This document shows positions 39,644 to 49,580 of a stretch of DNA of 64,000 nt, one piece after another. Numbering within the stretch: the stretch's first letter is position 1; each line of letters starts with the position of its first letter. Source of the DNA: a virus (Duplodnaviria > Heunggongvirae > Uroviricota > Caudoviricetes); the IMG/VR virus record IMGVR_UViG_3300035701_007101. One strand, given 5' to 3'. A model generated the notes under the pieces. The model made no database searches, was not told where the DNA came from, and worked only from the letters and a program-made list of their open reading frames with translations. The position numbers and the translations under genes were made by a program.

Positions 39644-40169
39644 ATTGAGAAAAACTATGAAAATGTATATTTTAAGGTATTTGTTTGATATGAATATTAA
39701 ACAATCTAAAAACTTTATTTTAAAGAAATCCCATACCTCAATTTGGAATTTTTTACTTGTAATTTCTAATTTAATGTTTTTATTAAAAACAACATTATCA
39801 CTAAATTCTTCCAATGACTTAGGGATAACAACAATAAATTCATTTAAATTTAAATTACAAGAAAACTATGTACTAAACGCATTTTTAATTTTACATATTT
39901 AAGATTCATAAAGTGAAGATTGTAATTTTTTAAAACTTTGAAATTGTATAAATGAATATGAGTTATGAATTAAAATTAAGTTTTGGTATGATGTGCAGGA
40001 AACAAAACTATTTGAGTTCTTTACAAGGATATGAGATTTTGTCGTGTTCAGAAATATTAAAACGTTATACTATTGTAAAACACGAAAATGATTATGATTT
40101 GGTAGACAATTTGGATTTGTTAGTTGAGTTTTTATATAAGAATATATTTTGAAAATTAGTGTAGTCGCC

Positions 40170-40241
40170 GCCGCCTTAGCTGAGATGGATTAGCGCAAGC
40201 CTGAAGAGCTTGAGAGCACAGTTCGATACTGTGAGACGGCA
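40170..40241 (+). tRNA. tRNA-Phe (anticodon GAA)
   Basis: Manual fold. Acceptor GCCGCCT/AGACGGC (one C-A mismatch), D-arm GCTG-AGATGGAT-TAGC, anticodon stem CAAGC/GCTTG with loop CU-GAA-GA, variable AGAG, T-arm CACAG-TTCGATA-CTGTG, discriminator A. Confidence 0.6.
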
Positions 40242-40252
40242 TTTGAAATCAT

Positions 40253-40327
40253 AGATAGGTACGCAAATTGGCACGCGGCAGGATTGTTACTCCTGTGATT
40301 TTGGGGGTTCGACTCCCTCCCTATCTG
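40253..40327 (+). tRNA. tRNA-Asn (anticodon GUU)
   Basis: Manual fold. Acceptor AGATAGG/CCTATCT (perfect), D-loop AATTGGCA, anticodon stem CAGGA/TCCTG with loop UU-GUU-AC, T-arm GGGGG-TTCGACT-CCCTC, discriminator G. Variable loop is 7 nt by this fold and needs a software check. Confidence 0.55.
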
Positions 40328-40488
40328 TTATTTTAATTATGGAGAAGTATAGGCAATGGATAATAATGCTTTTATAAATTTTCTAATGGAAAGTAGTCGG
40401 ATATTGGTTTGCCGAAGCTATCTGCTAAATAGTTGTTCAATAAAATGAACTGAAAGTTCAATTCTTTCACTTTCCGTTAGGAGATTTT

Positions 40489-41631
40489 ATGTATAAATGC
40501 AATGATTGTAAATTAGATTTTAAAAATCGATCACAATTAGCAAATCATTTTAGATGGAAACATAAACAATGTTTAATTTTCAAATGTAATAAATGCAACA
40601 AAGAAATAACAGATAAAAGCGGTTTGACGATTCATGAAAAATTTTGTACAGGTGTTAAAGAAAAGAAAAACAATATTTGTCCAAAATGTAACTTTACAAT
40701 TAAAACAAACTATAAGAAACATGTTGTTTCATGTAATGGGTTAGGTCCTCGTCGATTAAGAACAAAACATCGCGAGAGAGTTGTTTTAACAAAAGAAAAT
40801 ATTGAAATAATTAGAAAACAATATGATGATAATGTGCCATTAAAAATTATTAGACAGCAAAATAAGTTTTCAAAATTACAAGTTAGACATGCATTAAAAG
40901 GATATAAGAAGCGATCAAAGTCAGACGTTATTAAAAGAAGTCACAAAGAAGGTAGAATGTGCAGACTGCAATTTCACGAATCTTTTGCTGAAAAGTTTTT
41001 TAATGACTTTTTACAAAAATCAGGATATAAATTAGGATTGGATTATATTCGTGAATATAGAGTTTCTTATTATCGAATTGATTTCTTTTTTCAAAATTTG
41101 AATATAGCAATAGAAGTAGATGGATCACAACATTATACATATAATCATCAAATAGAAATTGATAAAAGAAAAGATCAATTATTGAATAATCTTGGTATTA
41201 AAGTAATAAGGTTACCTTGGAAAGTGGTTTGTAATGAGTCAAAAAATACATTAAATGAGGTACTAGATATTATTAAAAACAAAAATGTTGATGAATTTAA
41301 TAATAAACAGAAAATTAAATTAGCAGATTTATTAAAAAAACGAAAAGAAACAAAGAAAAAGCAAAAACAAAGAAAGAAAAATTTGCCAAAAAAATACATT
41401 GAAAAATTAATAATTGCATTAAATAAATGCATTGTATATAAAACATATATGAAGCGCATGAATGATTTAAACAATGTTGATTTAAAAAAATGGGGAACTA
41501 TTTCTGAGCTTTCAAATTTATGGAATGTTTCTCATACTCAGGTTAGACGATATATTGAAAAACATTGTTTGTTAGAAAAATCAAAGACGGTGTGGCAGAG
41601 TTGGTACATGCTACGGTCTGCAAAACCGTAA
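40489..41631 (+). CDS. C2H2 zinc-finger + DUF559/Vsr-like (PD-(D/E)xK) endonuclease-domain protein; candidate tRNA-associated homing-type endonuclease
   Basis: Three C2H2-like fingers ('YKCNDCKLDFKNRSQLANHFRWKH','FKCNKCNKEITDKSGLTIHEKFC','CPKCNF...HVVSC'). 'YRIDFFFQNLNIAIEVDGSQH...LGIKVIRLPW' matches the DUF559 pattern. The 3' end overlaps tRNA-Cys by 46 nt. Confidence 0.5.
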   Translation: MYKCNDCKLDFKNRSQLANHFRWKHKQCLIFKCNKCNKEITDKSGLTIHEKFCTGVKEKKNNICPKCNFTIKTNYKKHVVSCNGLGPRRLRTKHRERVVLTKENIEIIRKQYDDNVPLKIIRQQNKFSKLQVRHALKGYKKRSKSDVIKRSHKEGRMCRLQFHESFAEKFFNDFLQKSGYKLGLDYIREYRVSYYRIDFFFQNLNIAIEVDGSQHYTYNHQIEIDKRKDQLLNNLGIKVIRLPWKVVCNESKNTLNEVLDIIKNKNVDEFNNKQKIKLADLLKKRKETKKKQKQRKKNLPKKYIEKLIIALNKCIVYKTYMKRMNDLNNVDLKKWGTISELSNLWNVSHTQVRRYIEKHCLLEKSKTVWQSWYMLRSAKP

Positions 41632-41658
41632 ACGTCGGTTCAAATCCGATCACCGTCT
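41586..41658 (+). tRNA. tRNA-Cys (anticodon GCA)
   Basis: Manual fold. Acceptor GACGGTG/CACCGTC perfect, D-loop with GG, anticodon stem ACGGT/ACCGT with loop CU-GCA-AA, T-arm GTCGG-TTCAAAT-CCGAT, discriminator U (Cys identity element). Confidence 0.7.
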
Positions 41659-41842
41659 CTTTTTAAATCAATTCTACGATAAATCACATGATTATAATAA
41701 TAAAGGAGGATATTTGACATTATTATAAACTTTTCAAGGAGGTTTTTATAAGATCTATGTGATTAGTTTATTGTTATCTTGTCAGTTTACTGGCTAGATA
41801 TCGTTCTAAAACGAAAATTAACAATTAACGAAGGGATTAAAA

Positions 41843-42427
41843 ATGCTTGAATTACATGAACTTTTAAATTTACAGAGTGATTTTAATCAATATCAATATG
41901 GTATTGGCAATAATTTAATTCACTATTTCGCTCATCCACGAATTCCTCAACCAACTTTTATCTTTGCAAACGCTATAAATTCATTTGTCAAACGTCAACA
42001 TGCTGAATCGTTAGATCAAATGAGAATGGCACCTCAAGACGTTTCAATTTTCAAAAAACGAGCAGGACTTCTTGCAACGAATAACGCAGCTTATTATATT
42101 GCAAGTAAAGAATATCCGGCAGTGCAAGAATTATATGATTTTTCATTAATTCAACCATGTTGGTCAATACTTTTTCCGCTTAAACATTATTTACTTCATC
42201 ATCCAGAGACTGCAAGAAATTATAGAGGATTATTACCGTTTGGATCTGAAGTAGTAAAGTATATTAATAAGATGATCAAAAATAAACCTAAACCTGTATT
42301 AGCGTCACCAGATGTCGCAGATCATGTTTTCTTACAGCAAATAACTAACAGTATGTCTGATTTTACTGGAATGACTACTGTGACAATTAACAATGTAATG
42401 TATTTAGAAGGTCGAAAAATAGATTAA
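41843..42427 (+). CDS. Hypothetical protein
   Basis: 194-aa ORF, RBS GAAGGGA. Confidence 0.4.
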   Translation: MLELHELLNLQSDFNQYQYGIGNNLIHYFAHPRIPQPTFIFANAINSFVKRQHAESLDQMRMAPQDVSIFKKRAGLLATNNAAYYIASKEYPAVQELYDFSLIQPCWSILFPLKHYLLHHPETARNYRGLLPFGSEVVKYINKMIKNKPKPVLASPDVADHVFLQQITNSMSDFTGMTTVTINNVMYLEGRKID

Positions 42428-42615
42428 TTTTTTCAAGAGAGGCGAGAAATCTCTACTCTCTTACAAATCTTCGTCAAACTATATGATTATAATTACGTAA
42501 TACTACTTTCTTTGACAAATATACAGTTGACAATAGTGTTCCATTAAAATGTTCATTGATTAGTCTCAGAGTCATCTTTCGACCTATAAAGGGCAACTAG
42601 AATGAAAGGAATATA

Positions 42616-42843
42616 ATGAAGATTAATAAACGATATTATTTGTATGCTTTTCCTATTTTTCTTATTGTAGCTTTAATTCTTACTTGTACAGATAGCGAAG
42701 TTATTTCGATATATATGACATATATGAAAAGTCTTCAACTTGTAATGTTTAATTGTTCTCCAATATCAATTGTTAGAATTGCATGTTTTGTGTTGGCATT
42801 TGCTTCGTATATTATGTATTTCATTTCAAATGATAAACGATGA
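42616..42843 (+). CDS. Small membrane protein (two hydrophobic segments)
   Basis: Hydrophobic composition, RBS AAAGGAATATAATG. Confidence 0.3.
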   Translation: MKINKRYYLYAFPIFLIVALILTCTDSEVISIYMTYMKSLQLVMFNCSPISIVRIACFVLAFASYIMYFISNDKR

Positions 42844-43259
42844 ATAAAATACTTTGCATAGACGATAGTTGCTGGGTTCAAGGATTTCATGGTTATGTTA
42901 GAAAATTAGATATAACTATTGGAAAAACTTATTCTATCATTGAACAAGAAGATAGTCGTTATTACTATATTTATGATGATAAAAATAGTAGAGGATATTA
43001 TCCAAAACATTGTTTTAAAATAAGCGACGAGATTGACGATCCAAAAAATTTAGAAATTTTCAGACAAAAAGAGCTTGATGATATTAAAGCACAAACACGA
43101 CTCAATGAAGAACAGCAAAAGTTAGATAATCAAAAAGCAATAAGTGATGAAATGGATAGATTTTATAATTCACAAAAATTTTATGATCGAATAAAATGTT
43201 ATGATGCATTTGTAAATAAAATTTCACAAGTGTTTGTACAGGGCATATCGTATGATTAA
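42840..43259 (+). CDS. Hypothetical protein
   Basis: ORF overlapping the previous one by 4 nt. Confidence 0.4.
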   Translation: MNKILCIDDSCWVQGFHGYVRKLDITIGKTYSIIEQEDSRYYYIYDDKNSRGYYPKHCFKISDEIDDPKNLEIFRQKELDDIKAQTRLNEEQQKLDNQKAISDEMDRFYNSQKFYDRIKCYDAFVNKISQVFVQGISYD

Positions 43260-43369
43260 ACTAGAATTAGTTGGGGATAGCGGTCTACGTAAGTTTATCG
43301 CACTTTGTCTAACTAGATTAGATGAATCTCGGATAATCCCCTTCTAGTTCTAATTAACAAGAAATAGAT
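43260..43369 (+). other. Intergenic element closed by a long imperfect inverted repeat
   Basis: TAGAATTAGTTGGGGA ... TCCCCTTCTAGTTCTA bracket about 70 nt of relatively GC-rich sequence. Confidence 0.25.
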
Positions 43370-43577
43370 ATGAAAATAAGTAAAAATTTTGCTTTTGAAT
43401 TAAGCTTCTTAAACTTCATTCGAGAATTCTCTGATAGTATAACTTTCTTTACTGTAAACATTGAAAGTGACTGGTATAAAGGTGATCATAATCCTCAATT
43501 TGGCATTAGTTTAATTTTTTTAAATATTATGATTTTAGAATTTCGAATATACAATATTCATCATGAGGTGATAGACG

Positions 43578-44180
43578 ATGAAAAGTAAGTTTGCTAGAAG
43601 GATGTCGTTTGTTCAAAAAGATCAAATGCGTAAAATGTTTGTTGAGCAATATGCAATTAGTTGTATAGCACGAAAGTTTAAATGTCGTCAGAATACAGTA
43701 TGGAATAATGTATTTGATCTTGACAAAAATTACACACTTTCTAAAGAAAGAAAAATTAGAGCAATTACACATAGTAAGTTGAAAGTTGAACAAGTGAAGT
43801 TAATTAGAAGTTTGTCATATAAAGATAGAAAAAAATATAATGCAATTGCATTAGCAAAGCTGTATAAAGTTAGTCAATCAACTATTCTTGGTGTAGTACG
43901 AGGTAAAACTTTTAGATGGGTTGATGGATGGATATGTTCTAAAAAAGTTTGGAATTATTTGAAACCATCTAAACAAATTAGACCAAAAGGAAAAACTGAT
44001 GTTAAATTTGGTCCAAGAATAGGATCACATTTTCATTATCGTAATGGTGAATTAACAGTTATTGCGAAAAAAGCCGGTGTTTCTCTTTCTACTATGTGTA
44101 GAAAAATGAAGAGAATGAGAATGAAAGAATTGACAAAGAAAAAGAAATTGCATTTAACACATAATGATGAAGAACGATAA
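43578..44180 (+). CDS. Basic DNA-binding-like hypothetical protein (two HTH-like segments)
   Basis: 'YAISCIARKFKCRQNTVWNNV' and 'ALAKLYKVSQSTILGVVRGKTF'. Confidence 0.4.
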   Translation: MKSKFARRMSFVQKDQMRKMFVEQYAISCIARKFKCRQNTVWNNVFDLDKNYTLSKERKIRAITHSKLKVEQVKLIRSLSYKDRKKYNAIALAKLYKVSQSTILGVVRGKTFRWVDGWICSKKVWNYLKPSKQIRPKGKTDVKFGPRIGSHFHYRNGELTVIAKKAGVSLSTMCRKMKRMRMKELTKKKKLHLTHNDEER

Positions 44181-44204
44181 TCTGTTGCCGGTTTTGAAAA
44201 GAAG

Positions 44205-44495
44205 ATGCAACTGGATGTTACTATGATAGATTTTATACTAATTATAATAGGTTTAATACTCATATATAAATGTAATATAGTTCTTATCAACGAGGATAAG
44301 TATTTATTATGGGTTTTCCTCGCTCCTTATGGATTAATATTTAAAGTTTTATTAATAAAAGCTACTTTTAATACTTATATGGGTAACTCATGGGATTTTA
44401 GTTTTTATACTATAGTAACTATATATTGTTGTTTAGCGGGTTTGCTTGATGTACGGTGGTATTATAAATTTAAAAATAAAATAAATAAAATATGA
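44205..44495 (+). CDS. Small membrane protein
   Basis: Hydrophobic segments 'IDFILIIIGLILIY', 'LWVFLAPYGLIF'. Confidence 0.3.
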   Translation: MQLDVTMIDFILIIIGLILIYKCNIVLINEDKYLLWVFLAPYGLIFKVLLIKATFNTYMGNSWDFSFYTIVTIYCCLAGLLDVRWYYKFKNKINKI

Positions 44496-44528
44496 GAGTT
44501 TGTAAAAAATAAATTCGCAGAAGATAAA

Positions 44529-44687
44529 ATGACTGACAATATGAATGACGATGATTACATTGTTTGTGGTCAATGTGGCTGCGATGAATTTATTATTGAC
44601 GAGAAAGATGTAGTTAACGTTGAAAATAAAACTGCTACATGTGCTAATTGTAAAAAAGCATATAAAGTTAAATTTTTAAAAAATTGA
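44529..44687 (+). CDS. Small zinc-ribbon protein (52 aa)
   Basis: Own translation MTDNMNDDDYIVCGQCGCDEF...TATCANCKKAYKVKFLKN. Under 60 aa so absent from the track. Confidence 0.3.
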   Translation: MTDNMNDDDYIVCGQCGCDEFIIDEKDVVNVENKTATCANCKKAYKVKFLKN

Positions 44688-44858
44688 GGTTGGAAATGCA
44701 AAAATTTAATAAAGGTGAGAAAAAAGTAGATAATACAGTTGGAATTTCTACAAAATCTAAAAAACTAATGTTCTTTATTGATCCACAAATTAATTTTATA
44801 AAAAATAAAGACGACAACTTGTCTAATTTCATTAAAGCGAGACATGTCAATCAACTTA

Positions 44859-45506
44859 TTAGAACGTGGCGCTGCACCGGCGTCTAATTTCATCAATTAA
44901 CCATTTTCTAGCATTAGTCTGCTGCACAAGTTTATGATTCATGTTGATTTTTTCAATAAATTCTTTGTATGATATTTTTTCAAATGTATAAATAGCTGAT
45001 TCAAGTGAAACATTGTATATCTTACTCAAACTATTTTTGTAGACTTCATAATAAGCATTGCCTCTTAAATATGCTTTCTCATTTTGTTTTCCTCTATGCT
45101 CTACATCATGAAAGTGACTTTTATTATTAATAAATCTACCATCATATCCCAATAAATATATTTCTTTAAATTGTAATGCAATACCCACTGATAAGGCAAA
45201 CAAACCCACTAAATAAGGACTATACATGCCATCTTTAAATCCATTAGTATTATATTGTTTTGACGTTTTTAATGTAATGAAATCATCAGGAACTGACAAA
45301 ACTTTTTTTGTTATTTTCAATGCTTTATTATTTAGTATTTGTTGTTTATTGTTTTGAGAAAAATCTTTATCGACCCAAACAATAGCTGTCGGCTCATAAA
45401 AATGACATACAAAATTTAATCCAAACGTTATGTGATTATTTAATGTATGCAAATCAAAACTATCTATGCTAGAACCACCACCAATTATTATTAGCTTTTC
45501 ATTCAT
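44859..45506 (-). CDS. Hypothetical protein, co-oriented and overlapping with the large glycosyltransferase gene (possible accessory enzyme)
   Basis: 8-nt overlap with 45499..48771. Confidence 0.45.
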   Translation of the reverse strand: MNEKLIIIGGGSSIDSFDLHTLNNHITFGLNFVCHFYEPTAIVWVDKDFSQNNKQQILNNKALKITKKVLSVPDDFITLKTSKQYNTNGFKDGMYSPYLVGLFALSVGIALQFKEIYLLGYDGRFINNKSHFHDVEHRGKQNEKAYLRGNAYYEVYKNSLSKIYNVSLESAIYTFEKISYKEFIEKINMNHKLVQQTNARKWLIDEIRRRCSATF

Positions 45507-48500
45507 TTTTTAATCTTCTTGATGCTTGAAAGTGTTCAATTACAGGCTTATCTGCATCTTTCATTGTGTCAAAGATTTGACAATATGCAGGAGATAAAAT
45601 GTAAGTTTTCAAATTTTGCAATGAATTAACTGCTTCATGAAGATAGGATTGATCTAATTTATATTTTTTATTATTGCTATTAACTAACTGTTTCCATTTT
45701 TCTAACAATTCAAAAGCTTTTTGAGTATAATTGAAATACATAGTACCGCCAAGCAGCTCGCTAGTGTTATTTCTTTTCATTCTTAAGTGATATGCAAAAT
45801 CATATTTATCTAACTTAAATAATAACTCAGGCTGTTGTTGAATTATTGCATCACAATCAACCCATACTACAGGACATCTATGCTTATTTAGCATGTCTTT
45901 AACAAATTCAGTTCTATAAAAACAATTTGCAAACCAACTACCCTGTGAGTTAATACCAATTATTTCATAATTCAATTTAAATTTTTTCAATGATAATTCT
46001 AAAGTTTTGTATTCTTTTTCATAGCCTGTATTTTTAGTATAATAAGACACAAACACTAAGTTAGAAGTCGGTTGTTCTAGTTGACGTGTAACTTGTTTTG
46101 ATTCAACAATTGGTTGAATTTGTTCAATCTCTTTAAATGTGGTTTGTTCAAATTGAATATCTAAATTTTTAAAATCTATATTCTTACGATTAGGTAACAA
46201 ATTAATAAAATCATTACTCATATTTTCAATCTCTTTAAATTTATTTTGCATTACTAATTGAAAAGTGTTATCCCATAATTTCTGAGTGACTGACCAACTA
46301 AAAAACTTTTCAATGTGTTGTCTATTTCTTTCGCCAGTTTGTCGTCTTAATTGAAGATTGTTTTTCAATAACAATAACTTTTCATTCATTTCTTTTATTA
46401 CTTGATCATCAGGTGTCACTGACACTATCCATTGCTCGTCTAATAGCATACAGATACTGCCAACTTTAGTTGAAACAACTGGCAATCCGCAAGCCATTGC
46501 TTCTAATACTACTCTTGGCATACATTCACTTATGCTTGTTAAAATTAATACATCAATTGAATTGTAAAAGTCTTTCATTTTGTCTAATGTTTGACCATCA
46601 ACAAAGTATTGCTTTCCCCAGTCACTCTTTTTTTCAACTTTAAAATCTAATTGATCTAATAAATAAGGTCTTTTTACATCTCTGATGCAGCCTGCCCAAC
46701 CAACAATAAAACTATTTGATTTTTTATTAGAAGGAATAAAGTAATTAGTATCAATAGCTTCAGGTAAGAAAATTACTGACTTGTTAGGATACATTTGTCT
46801 CAAAAAATCCAGATGTTGAATCGAAATTGAGACTATTATGTCAGGCTCAGGTTCGTATTTCATTTTACATTCGCCGCCATAGCCGCCAATTATTTTCACA
46901 TTCTTTTGTTTTAATTGTGTTATCAATTGCTGACATCTAGTATAATCTATATTCGGTGAATGTATGTACACTACATCAGCGCTTAAAGTTGTTACATCTA
47001 GTAATCTTTTATATTCAATGTTATGAGTTGAATATTTTTGTTGATCTTTTGCAATAAAATAATATGCCCAACCGAACTGGTCAATTATTTTACAAATAGT
47101 AAGTTTTTTGTTTTGTAAGGTTGGTTTCTGTTGAATATTTTGAACATTTTTTTTAGTAGGTACATATTCATTCCAATTTCTAAAACATAACTTGCATGTG
47201 TCATTCATTTTATTTGGCTCACAGAGACTGTCTCTTAAATTGCTGGCATAGTCATTTTGCCAGACAATATTATCTTTTATGGTTCCGTGTTCTTTTGCAG
47301 GCGCAAAGACGGAACCACAAAATGAAACGCTTCCGTTACCATTTATGCCAATTGTTGTCCACGGTATTTGACAATTACATCTTATTTCATTTCGTTGTAT
47401 TAATGTAGGATAAAGCTTGATAATGTCAGCTTCTGGTAGATTTTGCAATTCGTCAATTTCTTTTTTATCATTATACGTTAATACTTCATTCCAAAAATTT
47501 TCATCATCATAATTGACAGCTAAGTGAGGTAATAAATTTAATAAATGAACTGTTTTAACACCATGATCTTTTACTAATTTTAAAAATTCAGGAACATATT
47601 TCAAATTACTTTTCGTGCAAACATAAGAACAAAATGTATTAAGATCATTACTTATACAAAAATCAATGCCTTGTAAGACTTTTTGAAATGTATTTGAATT
47701 ATTTATTTTATTATGTAGTTTTGCATTTGGTGCATTTAAGCTAATCGATATATAATCAGGTTTTGCATTAAGTAATTCATTAGCTCTATCAATTATTAAT
47801 GACCCATTGGTTATTAGACCCACAATTTTATTTTTATTTTTCAAATGGTTAATAATTTGAAATAAATTTTGATTTAGAAATGGTTCACCATACCCTGCAC
47901 AACAAAAACTTTTTAAACTATCAAATTTAGATAATAAATTATTGACAGTTTCAATAGTTAAGTCAGGCGCTTGTTCAATTAGATTTGTATTTCTGTAGCA
48001 AAAATTACAATTAAAGTTGCATTTTGAAGTTAAGTATAAATTTGCATTTATAGGCATTTGTAAGAAGCTACGTGCACGTTCAAAGCTTCGATGATGACAT
48101 CTAAAATCTTTTTCACCAATTTGTATGTTATCATTAATCAAACTAGTGTATATTCCAAGAAATGCATATAAGTTATTTTCGGAAGGATTAGATTTTAATA
48201 TATTCCATAATTTTAGCGGTAAATCAGCAATCCATATATATTTGAATTGCTTAAATTTGTCCATTAAATTATAATAACGTTCAAATATACCTTCATTTGA
48301 CCATTGTGGAGCATGTTTGCCAACTATATTTTTAAATAATTTAATTAAATATCCATCTTGTTTAAGTCTGTCAATTTGTTCAACTTCACAAGACATTGAT
48401 TCTAAATTATATGGATATTTTTTGAGAATATCATGCTTGTAAATTTTTACGCCCGAGATTTCAAAGTCAAGATGAACATCAATTAAATTACAAATTATAA

Positions 48501-48771
48501 TGGCAGTTTTATTATTAGATTGCTTAGCGAAATTATAGAGTGTTTCAATGCCATTTTCATTCATAACCATATCTTCATCTATTTCAATATAATATGACGT
48601 TTTACAAGAGTCAATCATTAATTGAAAAGCTGCAGACATTGGATGAACATTTTTAATAATTTCAATATTGAACGTGAGCGTTTGCTGTTGCAATGCTTTT
48701 ATACATTCATTATAGCACGGATTTTCCCCACAGCTAATTACAAAAACAGTTAAGTCTTTAGCAAAGTTCAC
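45499..48771 (-). CDS. Multi-domain enzyme: GT2-like glycosyltransferase + radical-SAM (with extra Cys cluster, SPASM-like) + GT4/GT1-like glycosyltransferase
   Basis: N-terminal 'VFVISCGENPCYNECIKALQQQT' (GT-A-like). 'CNFNCNFCYRN' CxxxCxxC radical-SAM cluster followed by 'CNCQIPW...CGS' and 'CEPNKMNDTCKLC'. 'ILTSISECMPRVVLEAMACGLPVVSTKVGS' is the GT4 E-x7-E signature. Confidence 0.65.
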   Translation of the reverse strand: MNFAKDLTVFVISCGENPCYNECIKALQQQTLTFNIEIIKNVHPMSAAFQLMIDSCKTSYYIEIDEDMVMNENGIETLYNFAKQSNNKTAIIICNLIDVHLDFEISGVKIYKHDILKKYPYNLESMSCEVEQIDRLKQDGYLIKLFKNIVGKHAPQWSNEGIFERYYNLMDKFKQFKYIWIADLPLKLWNILKSNPSENNLYAFLGIYTSLINDNIQIGEKDFRCHHRSFERARSFLQMPINANLYLTSKCNFNCNFCYRNTNLIEQAPDLTIETVNNLLSKFDSLKSFCCAGYGEPFLNQNLFQIINHLKNKNKIVGLITNGSLIIDRANELLNAKPDYISISLNAPNAKLHNKINNSNTFQKVLQGIDFCISNDLNTFCSYVCTKSNLKYVPEFLKLVKDHGVKTVHLLNLLPHLAVNYDDENFWNEVLTYNDKKEIDELQNLPEADIIKLYPTLIQRNEIRCNCQIPWTTIGINGNGSVSFCGSVFAPAKEHGTIKDNIVWQNDYASNLRDSLCEPNKMNDTCKLCFRNWNEYVPTKKNVQNIQQKPTLQNKKLTICKIIDQFGWAYYFIAKDQQKYSTHNIEYKRLLDVTTLSADVVYIHSPNIDYTRCQQLITQLKQKNVKIIGGYGGECKMKYEPEPDIIVSISIQHLDFLRQMYPNKSVIFLPEAIDTNYFIPSNKKSNSFIVGWAGCIRDVKRPYLLDQLDFKVEKKSDWGKQYFVDGQTLDKMKDFYNSIDVLILTSISECMPRVVLEAMACGLPVVSTKVGSICMLLDEQWIVSVTPDDQVIKEMNEKLLLLKNNLQLRRQTGERNRQHIEKFFSWSVTQKLWDNTFQLVMQNKFKEIENMSNDFINLLPNRKNIDFKNLDIQFEQTTFKEIEQIQPIVESKQVTRQLEQPTSNLVFVSYYTKNTGYEKEYKTLELSLKKFKLNYEIIGINSQGSWFANCFYRTEFVKDMLNKHRCPVVWVDCDAIIQQQPELLFKLDKYDFAYHLRMKRNNTSELLGGTMYFNYTQKAFELLEKWKQLVNSNNKKYKLDQSYLHEAVNSLQNLKTYILSPAYCQIFDTMKDADKPVIEHFQASRRLKNE

Positions 48772-48839
48772 TTTTTTGTCACTTTCAAAAATTTTTAATC
48801 TATTAATATAAGATTTAGATTAGGCACCAGTTTACATAA

Positions 48840-49505
48840 TTAGAATGTTCTTCTAAAAGGAGATGCAGTCGGAATATTTATATTGTATGACTGCGGCTTT
48901 GATCCTTTAGGCGCTGCTACTACATTTACTATATAATTGTAATTGTCACTCCAAATAACACCGTCACTGACTTGTAAAGCTATTTGACGAGACATATCTG
49001 ATACGTCGCCCAACACTTTAATTTTAGCTGTTGTGTCAGTTACTGAAGAAATTTCGTATTTAGTTCCAGGTGATACTAGTAATTTAAAACTACCAGGATA
49101 AGGTTTACTTGTTTGAACGTTTAGATTGTTCAAAGTAATTGTAAAATATGAGCCAATGTACATTTTTGGAAAGCTTGTTTGATTGACAATTATTGGAATT
49201 TCAACAACTGTTACATTCAATATGTACCAGTTACTATAATCAATTCCATTATTTACTCTTACTTGAACTGACAGGTTACCTTTATAACTAGCTGTGGGAA
49301 TCACATATAAGTACGTGACTTCACCTGAGTCAGTGTCAATAGTATAATGAGCGCCTGAATGAGCTTCTATTGACCAGTCTTTGCCACTACCGTCTGGATA
49401 GTCTGGATCATCAACAATCAAATCTGTTAATCTGACTGTTAAAACTTTGTTTTCTCCTAAAATAATAGGATTTACAATTTGACCTGTAATAATTGGAGCT
49501 GACAT
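48840..49505 (-). CDS. Hypothetical beta-rich protein (possibly structural)
   Basis: 221-aa ORF. Confidence 0.45.
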   Translation of the reverse strand: MSAPIITGQIVNPIILGENKVLTVRLTDLIVDDPDYPDGSGKDWSIEAHSGAHYTIDTDSGEVTYLYVIPTASYKGNLSVQVRVNNGIDYSNWYILNVTVVEIPIIVNQTSFPKMYIGSYFTITLNNLNVQTSKPYPGSFKLLVSPGTKYEISSVTDTTAKIKVLGDVSDMSRQIALQVSDGVIWSDNYNYIVNVVAAPKGSKPQSYNINIPTASPFRRTF

Positions 49506-49580
49506 AAATTTTTCCTTTCGTTATGAAACGACAATTCTGTTCATTTAGATTTAGATGAAAGATAAACTCTTAAGAAAATT

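Noticed and set aside
40253-40330. tmRNA-like 3' end (GGGGGTTCGACTCCC)
   Set aside because: The segment folds as a complete tRNA with anticodon GUU and a perfectly paired acceptor stem. There is no upstream tag-peptide ORF or pseudoknot region.
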